The notes under the pieces are model-generated. The model was given only the letters and a program-made list of their open reading frames with translations. It ran no database searches and had not been told where the DNA came from. This document shows, in pieces, positions 21,035 through 31,346 of a stretch of DNA of 64,000 nt. This DNA comes from an uncultured delta proteobacterium (GTDB taxonomy: Bacteria; Myxococcota_A; Polyangia; Polyangiales; Polyangiaceae). Position numbers and translations under genes: made by a program. Where the stretch lies: assembly GCA_963850305.1 (NCBI GenBank), contig CAWKKR010000008.1, positions 1,792,001-1,856,000 of the forward strand. The letters are read 5' to 3'. The number at the start of each line of letters is the position of its first letter. Within the stretch, counting starts at the first letter, position 1.

Positions 21035-23689
21035 ATGCTCGAACCGAATCGCCCGAATCCGTCCTCGCGGCTGCGTCCGCCCTTCGTTCGCGCGGCCAAG
21101 TGGCCTCCGGAGGACGACGACGGAGCCCCGGCACCCGGCGGACTTCCGACGGGAGGTGGTGGCGGAGGCGGTGGTGGGTTCGATGCCGGCGACGGTAATT
21201 TCAAGAAGGGGGCGATCAGGCCGATCGCCGTCGTGCTCGCGCTCGCGATCGTAGGGGCAATCGGCGCGTTTCTGCTCATCGGCGTGAAGCAGGAGGAGAC
21301 GAAGGTGCCGGTCGCGAAGGCCGGGCAGATGAAGAAGGACCTTCTCGTCCTGCCGCTCGCCGACCAGCTCCCGAAGTGGCGCGAGTACGCGAAGATGGAT
21401 AGCTCCTACCTGAAGCAGGAGGCGCTCAAGTATCTGGCCTGGGCTCAGGATCCACAGGGCATTCCGATCGCGATTGCCGATCTCGCCGACCCGGACCAGT
21501 CGGTGCGTGCGCAGGCCGCGACGGCGCTGCTCGAGTATGGCTCGCCCGCCGCGGACGCGGCGAAGCCGGCGCTCGTGAAGGCGCTCGGCGAAGCCGCGAC
21601 GGAATCGAAACCGCAGATCGTGTGGGCACTCGTCGAGCTCGGCGAGAAGTCGGTGCAAAAGACGGTGCTCGACGAGTATCGCGCGGGGCACCTGTCGCAG
21701 ATCCGGCGGCTCGACGGCGCGCTCGCGTTCGATCCGAACAAGCTTGCCGCGTACATCGGCATCGACGAGCTCGCGGGGATGGCATCCGATCCGAGCCCGT
21801 CCGTGCGGCAGCTCGTCGCGACGGTCCTCTCGCGTCACGCGGAACCGAAGTACACCGATGCGCTCATCAAGTTGCTCAACGACCCGGACGGGGAGATCTC
21901 GGCGCAGGCCGCGCCGGGTCTCGGAAAGATCGGCGACCAGCGCGCGCGCCAGCCGCTCCTCGACAAGCTGAAGGGTGCAGACAAGGACAGCCGCCAGAAG
22001 TACCTCGAGGCGCTTCGCGATGGAGTCGGTGCCCAGGGGCTCGTGACGTCGCTCGACAGCGTGCCGACCGACGACGCGACGAAGGCCTGGTACCAGACGG
22101 CCCAGGTCTTCGACATGATCCGGAAGCTTGCCGATCCTCGCGGAGGCGACGCGCTGCTCGCGTACATCAACGACAAGAAGCCGAGCATTCACTGGGAGAC
22201 GTTCGCGGCATTCGCCATGGCGGAGATTGGCGATATCCGCGCCGTGCCGACGCTCGCGCGGCGTCTCCGCATGGACGAGGGTAAGATCTACAGTGACGAC
22301 ACCGACTACGAGATGGCCGTGAAGCGCAACAACAATGAGCGCGTCGTCGCGGCCCGCATGATCGCCGATCTCGCCGTCATGTATCCGGACAAGAAGGACC
22401 AGATCCGCGATCAGGCCGAGGACGCCGTCATGTTCTGGATGCACGAGATGCCGTCGCCGCACGCGAATGCCATGCGCGCGCTCGCCGCCATGGGGTCGAC
22501 CCAGGATCTGCCCGCGCTTCGCAAGTGGGCGAACCCGCCGAATCCGCTGCCCGTCCAGGGGCAACAGCCTCCGTTCCCCGAAGAGTGGGTCGTCGCGCAG
22601 AGCGCGCTCCGGTACGTCGGCTGGATGAAGGACAAGCCTTCGTGGCCCGTGCTGCTGAAGGACCTCAAGCGTCGCGATCCGACCCTCGACGTCACGCGCG
22701 AAGGGATGCAGCAGGGCGGGGTGGCGATCCTCGGCATGACGCTCCGTGCACTCGGCTACGGCGCATCTCAGGGCTTTTCGGAGTGGGGCGACGAGAAGGC
22801 GTTCAAGCCGCTCCTGACCTATGCCGAAGATCCGAAGGAGCACGAGGAGGCGAGGGAGGCCGCGTGTGCGGCGCTCGCGTGGGTCTCGAGCCCGGACGAC
22901 ATGGTGAAGGTCGCGGAGGAGATCCAGCGGTTCAGCAGCGCGGATCCGAAGGACGAAACGCGGCGCGCGTGCCTTCTGGAGACGTTGATCAATCGTCCGA
23001 TGCCGGGTACGGCTCCGGCGCTCATCGGCATGCTCACGCCGTCCGCGTCGATGGGGACCCGTCATCAGGTCGCCCGGGCGATCGGCAAGGCCGGGTTCGA
23101 TTCCGCCGTGGAGGCCAAGCTGTTCGAGCTCATCAAGGACGATCAGCTCGCGGAAGATGCGGCACTCGCCCTGATTCTCGGCGGCTCGCCCGACACCGCG
23201 GCCCGCGCCGTGGCGATGCTGTCGGACAAGCCAAAGGAGATGATCGACGATCTACAGGATCTCTGGTACCGCTCCTTCGGCTATTGGTCGGACGAAGATC
23301 TCGCGAAGGGGCACATCTTCCGGGTTGTCGACAACGCGGAAGCGATTGCCAAGGTCGAGATCAAGGACACCCCGCAGGAGTGGGCACCGGCACAGCTCAC
23401 GTCGCAGTTCGACAATCTGGAATTCGACAACGGCCCGCATTCGTTCACGCGTGTCGTGCTACGCCACAAACTTCTCGACATGGCGAAGGGCGACGACCCC
23501 GTGAAGCGTGCGGGCGCGATCCGCACGCTCGAGTTCATGAAGGAGCAGGGCTGCTTGCTCGCGCTCCGCGACGTCCCCGGAGAGACGGGCAAGCTCGCGA
23601 GCGACGCCTACCGGGATCTCCTGAACCCGAAGATCATGACCGGCGTCAAAGCCATCGCGAACGACGCGAAGCCTGCTGCCACGGAGTGA
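21035..23689 (+). CDS. Membrane-anchored HEAT-repeat protein
   Basis: GGAGG RBS; one N-terminal TM; repeated LADPDQSVRAQAATAL / DPSPSVRQLVA / LNDPDGEISAQAA. Confidence 0.85.
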   Translation: MLEPNRPNPSSRLRPPFVRAAKWPPEDDDGAPAPGGLPTGGGGGGGGGFDAGDGNFKKGAIRPIAVVLALAIVGAIGAFLLIGVKQEETKVPVAKAGQMKKDLLVLPLADQLPKWREYAKMDSSYLKQEALKYLAWAQDPQGIPIAIADLADPDQSVRAQAATALLEYGSPAADAAKPALVKALGEAATESKPQIVWALVELGEKSVQKTVLDEYRAGHLSQIRRLDGALAFDPNKLAAYIGIDELAGMASDPSPSVRQLVATVLSRHAEPKYTDALIKLLNDPDGEISAQAAPGLGKIGDQRARQPLLDKLKGADKDSRQKYLEALRDGVGAQGLVTSLDSVPTDDATKAWYQTAQVFDMIRKLADPRGGDALLAYINDKKPSIHWETFAAFAMAEIGDIRAVPTLARRLRMDEGKIYSDDTDYEMAVKRNNNERVVAARMIADLAVMYPDKKDQIRDQAEDAVMFWMHEMPSPHANAMRALAAMGSTQDLPALRKWANPPNPLPVQGQQPPFPEEWVVAQSALRYVGWMKDKPSWPVLLKDLKRRDPTLDVTREGMQQGGVAILGMTLRALGYGASQGFSEWGDEKAFKPLLTYAEDPKEHEEAREAACAALAWVSSPDDMVKVAEEIQRFSSADPKDETRRACLLETLINRPMPGTAPALIGMLTPSASMGTRHQVARAIGKAGFDSAVEAKLFELIKDDQLAEDAALALILGGSPDTAARAVAMLSDKPKEMIDDLQDLWYRSFGYWSDEDLAKGHIFRVVDNAEAIAKVEIKDTPQEWAPAQLTSQFDNLEFDNGPHSFTRVVLRHKLLDMAKGDDPVKRAGAIRTLEFMKEQGCLLALRDVPGETGKLASDAYRDLLNPKIMTGVKAIANDAKPAATE

Positions 23690-23709
23690 TCGTCAAAGCA
23701 GTGCTTCGG

Positions 23710-24279
23710 ATGCGAACGAGCCGCCTCTTCGCGTCCTTCGTGCTCGCATCGGCATCCGTCGCGTGCGCTCGCACGCCCGCGGCCAGGGGCCCCGGGCTGC
23801 TCGGCGGAGCTCCTCACGACATCCGCGAAGCGTGCGTGCCGCAGGGTCCCGAGCGTTGCTTCAATGCGCGCGACGACAACTGCAATGGCCTCATCGACGA
23901 AGGTTGCGGTGGGCACACCGGCCTCGTGCAATTTTCGATCGCCTGGGATTCGGCGACTGCGGACGTCGACTTGCTCGTCACGGACCCCAAGGGCGAGCTT
24001 TCGGAAGTGGGTCGGCCGACAGCGAGCGGTCTCGTGAAAGAACGGGACTGTCCGGGCCCTCATGGGGAGTGCCACGGCGAGAACTACGAAAACGTGTACC
24101 TCGAGAAGGAAGACGCGCCGCGCGGTGAGTACCGCGTCAAGATTCGTCTCGCTCGTCTTGGCGACGACGACGCGCCCGTTCGGATCACGTTCGGTGCGCG
24201 CCTGGACGGCAGGACCGCGGCAGAAGAACTCGTCCTGACGAAAGCGGGCGAGCTGACCGAGCTTGATTTCCGTCTCTGA
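23710..24279 (+). CDS. Lipoprotein with Cys repeat (ERCFNARDDNCNGLIDEGC) and YfaP/DUF2135-like domain
   Basis: Lipobox SVAC; WDSATADVDLLVTDPKG; ENVY. Confidence 0.75.
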   Translation: MRTSRLFASFVLASASVACARTPAARGPGLLGGAPHDIREACVPQGPERCFNARDDNCNGLIDEGCGGHTGLVQFSIAWDSATADVDLLVTDPKGELSEVGRPTASGLVKERDCPGPHGECHGENYENVYLEKEDAPRGEYRVKIRLARLGDDDAPVRITFGARLDGRTAAEELVLTKAGELTELDFRL

Positions 24280-24336
24280 GAAGAGATATGTTGGAGGGTC
24301 AGTCGGCTGCGGGAATTCCCGCGGCGAGGGCAGAGC

Positions 24337-24900
24337 ATGAGCTCCAAGGTTCTTGGTCGCATCACGAACCCCGGGCGTCCGCGTGGACCGGACGTGGAAA
24401 TGAGCATTTCAGTGCCCGACGCGTGGCTCGCGGAAGGGGCATCGATTGAGGTGGAGTTGCCCCGAAACCTGTCCTGCGCAGCCTGCAAAGGGGGGGGCTG
24501 TGACGCGTGCGACCGTTCGGGCGGCATTTCTCTGCGCGGAAAAAAGGACCCGGTCGAGCTTATGGAAGTGACTCTCCCCGGGAGCCCTTCCGTCGCCGAT
24601 CCAGCGAGCGCGTCCACCCGCGGGCTCGTCATGCGAATTCCGGAGCGGGGCGGCCTGTCGCCCGTCGATGCCCGGCTACCGCGCGGGAACCTCCTTCTGA
24701 GTGTCTCGAAGGACGAGCAGCCGTCCCAGGGCGTGGCGCGCGTCGAACCGCCCGGGCCGCCCGCACGTCCGTCGGTGCCGGAGATGCTCCGGCTCTCGCT
24801 GTCTCCCGCGTCGCCGGAGGGCCGCTCGCGGCTCGTGGTGCTTGCCGTCGGGGTGGCTGCGGTCGTCGCGGTCCTCGTCTGGTGGCTTCACCATCGCTAG
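24337..24900 (+). CDS. J-domain-less DnaJ-type zinc-finger protein with C-terminal TM
   Basis: CAACKGGGCDACDRSG, RIPERGG...RGNLLL, hydrophobic C-terminus. Confidence 0.6.
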   Translation: MSSKVLGRITNPGRPRGPDVEMSISVPDAWLAEGASIEVELPRNLSCAACKGGGCDACDRSGGISLRGKKDPVELMEVTLPGSPSVADPASASTRGLVMRIPERGGLSPVDARLPRGNLLLSVSKDEQPSQGVARVEPPGPPARPSVPEMLRLSLSPASPEGRSRLVVLAVGVAAVVAVLVWWLHHR

Positions 24901-24957
24901 CGATCCGAAGCCTCAGTGACGGGACCAGCGCTCTCGAACAAGTACCCTTCGCAGCGG

Positions 24958-25689
24958 TCACGGCAGGTAGCAGCCGACTTGCATACACGCCCAATGCCGA
25001 GCCTGTGGGTCGTACGCGCAAACCGCGCTGGTAGAGCCTAAACTGCCCCCGTCGGACCCAGGGCAGTCCGCATCGTTGGTACATGTGTCCAATGCGGTGT
25101 GGCAGAAGTACGTGCTCAGGCCCCAGCAGCGGTTTTCTGAATTGGAGGGTGAGCAGTAGCCGCCAGGGCCGCAATCGGAATCCACGGCGCAATTGCCGTG
25201 GGGCGCGCAGACGTTCGCGTAACTGTCGGTCGGCGCGCTGCGGCAAACGCACGGCGTCGCCGACGGACAGTCTGAATCGCTGGAGCACTCGTCGTACGAA
25301 CAACCGCCTGGCCCGACCATGCCTTCAAATGGGAAGCAACGACCGTTGGTTCCACCGCGGCATTGCGAGTCCGACGAACACGCGACGCCGCCGTCCGGAC
25401 CAATCGCGGCAAACCCCGCTGCATAAGGGTGGGTTCCGGGCCCGGGCCCGCGCTGCGAAGAGCAGCACGCGGAAGCCCGGTGGTTCAGGGGGACGCGCGC
25501 GGTAGCCGCTCCGGCCGATCCCGCTTCGACAACGGTCGACTCGCAGGACGCGCTCGAGATGGGACCCGGTGAACCATCGCCGATCGAGCCGCCGCTGCCC
25601 GTATCCAAGCCGCCACTCACGCGCCCTTCGCAGCCAAAACCTGAAACAACCGTCAGCGCCGACAACACGAAAGCAAAATGGATCTTCAT
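24958..25689 (-). CDS. Cys-rich lipoprotein
   Basis: Lipobox GFGC; repeated CxxDxDC motifs. Confidence 0.75.
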   Translation of the reverse strand: MKIHFAFVLSALTVVSGFGCEGRVSGGLDTGSGGSIGDGSPGPISSASCESTVVEAGSAGAATARVPLNHRASACCSSQRGPGPGTHPYAAGFAAIGPDGGVACSSDSQCRGGTNGRCFPFEGMVGPGGCSYDECSSDSDCPSATPCVCRSAPTDSYANVCAPHGNCAVDSDCGPGGYCSPSNSENRCWGLSTYFCHTALDTCTNDADCPGSDGGSLGSTSAVCAYDPQARHWACMQVGCYLP

Positions 25690-25841
25690 GGACCGCGGTC
25701 AATTAAAGCAAAACGCGAGCCAAATCGCAGAAACCGCGGAATAAGAGCCGCAGTGGGCCAAGCGTGTGCCACGCGAAGATGTGATTCCCGGGCGAGTTCC
25801 CCATCGCTTGAGGTTGCTCACGTAGCGATGGCCGGACCGTT

Positions 25842-26010
25842 CGTGGGGTCGTCGCCGCGGGACACGGCCCACGACGTAGGCAGCGCTCCCCACGCCGTGC
25901 TGACGAGCCCATCAGTCGCTGGAATCGGTTCACGCAAGGTCGGGAGGACGCCCCAGTTTACGCGGCGTGGGGAGTGCGTCCCACGGCGTGGGGGGGGAAG
26001 CCTCACCGAC
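25842..26010. repeat. Cluster of GTGG/GTAG...CCAC mini-palindromes forming an imperfect 30-bp inverted repeat
   Basis: 25868-25897 (cccacgacgtaggcagcgctccccacgccg) pairs imperfectly with 25963-25992 (cggcgtggggagtgcgtcccacggcgtggg). Confidence 0.6.
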
Positions 26011-26042
26011 GGGGGCGGCGGAACGCGTACGCGGTCCGCGAC

Positions 26043-27906
26043 TCACATCTGGCTGTAGTTCGGTCCGTCGCCGCCCTCGGGTACGACCCAGCGGATGTTG
26101 ATGTACGGGTCCATCGAGATCGCACGTCTTGCAGTGGACGCAGTTGGTGGGATTCAGGTGCAGCTTCTTCTTCCCCGGATTCGACTCGTCTTCCACCATC
26201 TCGTAGACGTTTGCGGGGCACGCGCGCGTGCAGGGGTTGCCGTACTTCTCGGCGCAGTCCGTCGAGCAGATGTCGCGGTTCAACACCTGCAGGTGAGATG
26301 GCTGATCTTCCTCGCCCTTCGAGCCGGCGAGGTACACGTCGGATAGCTTGTCGAGGAAGAGCTTGCCGTCATACGGAATGCCCTTCTTCAGGTCCTTCAG
26401 GCCGCCGACCTCGGAGAGCGTGCGCTTCGTCTCGAAGTCCGCGTCGACGTGCGTGCGCGACTTGTTGAGGTCGTTGATGAGTCCGCCGATGACCGGCGCC
26501 GCCGTGAGACCGTTCTTCACCACGGCCATCGCGAGGCCGTCGTGGAAGTTCGAGTGGAAGTTTCTCGCCTTCCACATCTCTTGCCCGACCCACGAGTCTT
26601 CGACCTTCTTCTGATACGGGGCGAGCTTCTCCGCCGAGTAGTCCTTCGCGAGCAGTGCTTCGAACGCAGTCTCCGCGGCGAGCATGCCGCTCTTGATGGC
26701 CAGGTGTACGCCCTTGAGCCGCTCCGCATTCACGAGGCCGCCCGAGTCGCCTGCGAGCATGAGCCCGCCGGCAAAGAGCTTCGGCATCGCGTGCCAGCCG
26801 CCGAGCGGAACCGTCTTCGCGCCGTACTGAATGACCTTGCCGCCCTTCAGGTACTTCTGGAACAAGGGGTGCGTCTTCATGCGCTGGAGCAGCACCTGGG
26901 GATCCGTGTTCGGATCGGAATAGTCGAGACCGACCATCAACCCGAGCGCGACCAGGTTGTCCTTCATCGAGTACATGAAGGAGCCGCCGTACGTCTTGTC
27001 GCCGAGCGGCCAGCCCGCGGTGAGCACGACCTCGCCCGCCGGCATTTGCCCCGCGGGAACTTCGATGACCTCTTTCACGCCGAGGCAGTAGCTGTTCGGG
27101 TTCTTGCCGTCGTCCAGCTTCAGCTTGCGCACCACGTCGCGAGTCAAGCTGCCGCGGGTGCCTTCGGTGAGCACCGTGATCTTGGCCTTCATGTTCACGC
27201 CGGGTTCGAAGCTGCGCTTCTTCTCCCCCGTGTGTCCGATGCCCTTGTCGCCCGTGCGAACGCCGGTGATGGTGTCACCGTCGTAGGTCATGTACGCACC
27301 AGCAAAACCCGGGAACAGCATGATCCCCTGCTCTTCACAGAGGGTCGCGAGCCACCGGCAGAACTTCGACAGGCTGCCGATGTAGAGCCCATGATCCTGT
27401 AACGGCGGGGGCATCATCGGCACCGGCGCGGCGATCGTCGGGCTGAGAAGGAAGTGCATGCTCTCCTTCTCGACCTTGCAGTCGAGCGGCGCGCCCTTCT
27501 TCTCGAAGTCGGGGATGAGCTCCTTCAAGGCCTTCGGATCCAGCACCATGCCGGAGATGCCCATGGCGCCGATCTCCGAGCACTTCTCGAGCACGGTGAT
27601 GTTCACTTCACCGAGCTTGTCTCCCTGCTTCTCGCCCTTCTCGATGGCGTCGTCGTGCTTCTTGCAGAGCTGCATCAGGTGATACGCCCCCGCGAGTCCC
27701 GCCGGGCCCGCGCCGACGAACAGCACATCGACGTCCATCGTCTCCCGCTCGACGCCGTCGTCCTTGGCCTCCTCGTTGTAGTCCTTCGGCCGTGCGAGCC
27801 GCACGCTGTGCTTCGGCGAGGAGTGCGGATCTCCTACGAAGAGCCAGGCGAGGTTTATTGCGACCACGAGAGGAACGGCGACGGCGAGCAAAACGAGCCA
27901 GGTCAT
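26043..27906 (-). CDS. Electron-transfer flavoprotein:quinone oxidoreductase with N-terminal TM, +1 frameshift at ~26116
   Basis: VGAGPAGL, EGTRGSL, LKGVHLAIKSGM, CPANVY, CVHCKTCD; the true end DPYINIRWVVPEGGDGPNYSQM* is in the adjacent frame. Confidence 0.92.
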
Positions 27907-27913
27907 GGAGTCC

Positions 27914-28894
27914 TCACGTTTGTAGCTTCTTCACCTCGGCGACGAGCTCGGGAACGACCTTGAACAGGTCGGCCACGAGCCCGTAATCCGAAATCTTGAG
28001 GATCGGCGCATCCGGATCCTTGTTCACTGCGACGATGACCTTCGACCCGGCCATGCCCGCGATGTGCTGGATGGCGCCGGACAGTCCGAGCGCGATGTAG
28101 AGCTCCGGAGCGACGACCTTGCCGGTCTGTCCAACCTGCCAATCGTTCGGAACCCAGCCGGCGTCGACGATGGCGCGCGTCGCGCCGACGGCGGCACCGA
28201 GCACGTCCGCCAGCACTTCGACGGTTTCCTTGTATCCCTCGGGGCCCTTGGTACCGCGACCGCCGGAAACGACGATGCGGGCGTCCGTGAGCTCCGGACG
28301 TTCGCTCTTCACCTCGGCGAACTCGACGAACTTCGTCTTGAGGGAACCCGCGTCGAGGCCGACTTCGAGGGCCTTCACTTCACCGCCGGGAGCACCCGCG
28401 GCCGGTGCGTCGAAGTCCGTCGGACGAACGCTGACCACCTTGCGCTCCGTGGTGATCTCGACCCACTGGTGGAGGTTGCCGGCGAACATGGGTCGCTTGA
28501 AGCCCATCTTTCCGCCGATATCGTCGACACCGATGACGTCGCTCGCCATGCCCGCGCCGAGGCTCGCCGCGACGCGCGGCAAATAATCCCGGCCCTGCGC
28601 GGTTGCCGACGCGCATACGACCCCCGCCTGCGCCGCTTCCGCCGCCTTGATGGCCGCCTTGGCGAACGCTTCCGCCGTGTAGTTCTTGAGGGCCGGCGAG
28701 GTCGCGGTCCAGACCACGGCCACGCCGTACTTCTGGAGCTCTGCCGCCGCACCGGCGACATCCCCGTCCCCGCAGACGAGGGCGTGGACCTGCCCGCCGA
28801 GCTTCTGCGCCGCGAGCTTCGCGAACGTGATCGCGGGCAGCGAGGTCTTCCGGAGGCCGTTCTTCAATTCCGCAACGACAAGGACGTTTTTCAT
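27914..28894 (-). CDS. etfA: Electron transfer flavoprotein alpha subunit
   Basis: VVSGGRG, QVGQTGKVVAPELYIALGLSGAIQH, VNKDPDAPI. Confidence 0.97.
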   Translation of the reverse strand: MKNVLVVAELKNGLRKTSLPAITFAKLAAQKLGGQVHALVCGDGDVAGAAAELQKYGVAVVWTATSPALKNYTAEAFAKAAIKAAEAAQAGVVCASATAQGRDYLPRVAASLGAGMASDVIGVDDIGGKMGFKRPMFAGNLHQWVEITTERKVVSVRPTDFDAPAAGAPGGEVKALEVGLDAGSLKTKFVEFAEVKSERPELTDARIVVSGGRGTKGPEGYKETVEVLADVLGAAVGATRAIVDAGWVPNDWQVGQTGKVVAPELYIALGLSGAIQHIAGMAGSKVIVAVNKDPDAPILKISDYGLVADLFKVVPELVAEVKKLQT

Positions 28895-28909
28895 CTTCTT
28901 GATCTTCCT

Positions 28910-29662
28910 TCAGATGACCTTCGCTTCATCGTGCAGCTTCTTCACGAGAGTCGGCACGTCGGGGACGAGCTGACCCGCCTTGCGCGCCGGCGGCTCCGCT
29001 ACCTTCAGCGACTTCACTTTCGGCGTGGCATCGACGCCCAGCTCCGCGAACGTCGTCTCTTTCAGCGGTTTCTTCTTCGCCTTCATGATGCTCGGCAACG
29101 ACGCGTAGCGCGGCTCGTTGAGACGGAGATCCGCGGTGACGATACCGGGGAGGGTGACGTCCACGGTTTCGAGGCCGCCGTCGACCTCGCGCGTGACGCG
29201 TACGCTCTTGCCGTCGTCGCTGACGGCGACCTTCGACGCGTACGCGGCCTGGCCCCAGCCCATGAGCTCGGCGACGATCGACGTCGCCTGGCCCGAGTCG
29301 TAGTCCACGGCTTGCTTGCCCATGATCACGATATCCGGCTTCTCCTCGCCGATGATCTTCGCGATGGCGCGAGCCGCGGCGTCGGAGTCGACGTCGCCGT
29401 CGTGCTTCACGAGCACGCCCCGATCGGCGCCCATCGCGAGACACTGCCGGACTTGCTGTGCAGCGTCCGCCGGGCCGACGCTGACGACGACGACTTCGCC
29501 GCCGTGCTTCTCCTTCAAGCGCAGGCTCTCTTCGACTGCGATCTCATCGAAGGGGTTCACGACCCACTTCACGCCATCTTTCACGTACCCCGAGCCGTCG
29601 CCCGCTACGCGGAGCTTGATCTCGGGATCCGGAACACGCTTCGCGGTGCACAGGATCTTCAC
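28910..29662 (-). CDS. etfB: Electron transfer flavoprotein beta subunit
   Basis: KRVPD, NPFDEIAVEE, GKQAVD, NEPRYASLPSIMKAKKK. Confidence 0.97.
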   Translation of the reverse strand: MKILCTAKRVPDPEIKLRVAGDGSGYVKDGVKWVVNPFDEIAVEESLRLKEKHGGEVVVVSVGPADAAQQVRQCLAMGADRGVLVKHDGDVDSDAAARAIAKIIGEEKPDIVIMGKQAVDYDSGQATSIVAELMGWGQAAYASKVAVSDDGKSVRVTREVDGGLETVDVTLPGIVTADLRLNEPRYASLPSIMKAKKKPLKETTFAELGVDATPKVKSLKVAEPPARKAGQLVPDVPTLVKKLHDEAKVI

Positions 29663-29710
29663 GTTTCAGGACCTTTCGCGGTGCCAATCCGAGGGCAATT
29701 GGAGGCCCGC

Positions 29711-29739
29711 CTCATAGCCAGGTGACCCCACCCTGTCAA
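29711..29739 (-). promoter_or_regulatory. Sigma70-type promoter of the etfB-etfA-ETF-QO operon
   Basis: Minus strand TTGACA-17 nt-TATGAG about 50 nt upstream of etfB. Confidence 0.7.
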
Positions 29740-29824
29740 GGCAACGCCCCCTCGTCAAAACCCGAGGAGTGGCGCTCATTTGTGCAGCGCGGGTGGACGG
29801 CGACCCTATCCGGCAGTTCGGACG

Positions 29825-30995
29825 TCAGGGGACCAGCTGACACGGGTAGCCCGGGGTCGCGCAGGCGTAGCCTGGCTCGACCTGGCAGCTGGAGGAGCAG
29901 CCGTCGCCTGAATTGCCGTTTCCGTCGTCGCAGGATTCACCGAACTGGAGCTGGAGCATGCCGTCGCCGCAGTAGGGCCCGAGCGTACAGTTCGCGTTGC
30001 AGCCGCCGTAGGCGCCGGTGTTGTTGGCAGTGCCCTCGTCGCACGCTTCGCCCGGCTCGACGACGGCGTCGCCGCAGACGGAGCCGCTGCCCGCGGAGCC
30101 GCCGGTCCCCGAGCAAGCCGCGCCGCAGCCCGACGAACAGCACTGATAGAACGCAGGCCCCCAGGCCATCTTGCATTCCTGATCTTGAGCCGGAGTCGGC
30201 TGACAATGCGTGCAGGCGCCTGCCGTGCAGAACCCAGGCTCGCCGAACGAGTCGTAACACGGTGCCCCGGCCGGCCCGCTGCAGACGATCGGTCCCGAGC
30301 ATGCCGCCGCGCAGGAGGGGGACAACATGCAGGAGTCGAGCTCCCCGGCGAGCTGCACGCCGAGGGCGCCGTTCGCGTTGATGACGGCCGCGCAGGGGCT
30401 CGCGGCGTTCAAGCAATCGTTCTTCGAGGCGCAGCTCGAATAGGCCATGCACGCGACCATGGCTTCACAGTTGGGCGCTTGTCCCTGCCCGGTGGAGCCA
30501 CAACTTCCGAAGTCCGGCTCGTTGCAGTTCGCGCAGAGGCAGGCCCAGCAGGGATCGGACGGCTTGTTCTCGGGGCATCCCGCGCCAACCACGGTGCTGC
30601 CGCCGCTGCCGCCGCCGAAGCCGCCCGCGCCGCCGAAGCCGCCCGCGCCGCCGACCCCGTTCGCACGGCCCGCGCACGTCGGACACGACTGAAGAGCGCA
30701 GGCCAGGAAATCGTTGGCCGCCGTTATCGGCATGCCCGTCGCGGTGATCACCGGGTCTGCACGCGCCCCCATCCCTGCCCGTCGCGCCTCCGCTGGCTCC
30801 CCCCTCGCCGTTCCCTCCCTGGCCTCCCGCTTGCGAACCGCCGGAGCTCGGCGCGCCCCCCGCGCTCGCCGTGCCACCCTCCGCACTGCCGCCGTCGGTC
30901 GAAGGACGCAGCTTGCGATCTCGAATGCCGAGAAGCGAAGTGCACGCCGCCAGTACCGCCGCCGTCGCGAACGCAACCAGCACCTGCGCTCGCAT
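29825..30995 (-). CDS. Cys-rich lipoprotein with myxobacterial DUF4215-type repeats, +1 frameshift at ~30758
   Basis: Lipobox LAAC and Gly linker in one frame; CGDAVVEPGEACD and CGDG...CDDGNGNSGDGCSSSCQVEPGYAC in the next. Confidence 0.8.
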
Positions 30996-31085
30996 GCTCA
31001 CGATCCGCGGCGCCATCGATCCGCGACGATACGTCAGGTCCCGCCGGTCGCGAAGAGACCGGAATTCCTCCGTGGCAGGAACCGC

Positions 31086-31179
31086 CATCGTTCGAGGTGG
31101 GACCGATCATCGTTCGATCATCGTTCGATCATCCTTCGACGTCCGTCCGAGCCGTTCGGGGGGCTTCGAAGGGCTTCGA
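31086..31179. repeat. Phased 10-11-bp direct repeats (catcgttcga / gggcttcga)
   Basis: catcgttcga at 31086, 31108, 31119; catccttcga at 31130; gggcttcga at 31161, 31171. Confidence 0.8.
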
Positions 31180-31346
31180 GGGGCGTACCGGATGGAGGGC
31201 GCTCATCCGTACAGGGCCGAGGCGTGGTCCGATTGAGGGGTTGGCGGTGCGGCCCAGGGGCCCCCTTGCACCGTTTCCGGCAAGGATGGGTCCTCGGACG
31301 CTTCGGCCCCTCGATCAACGCTGGCGACTCGTTATAGTTTGAGGCC

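Noticed and set aside
30590..30660. gccgccgaagccgcccgc repeats
   Set aside because: They encode an ordinary GGAGGF glycine linker in a lipoprotein
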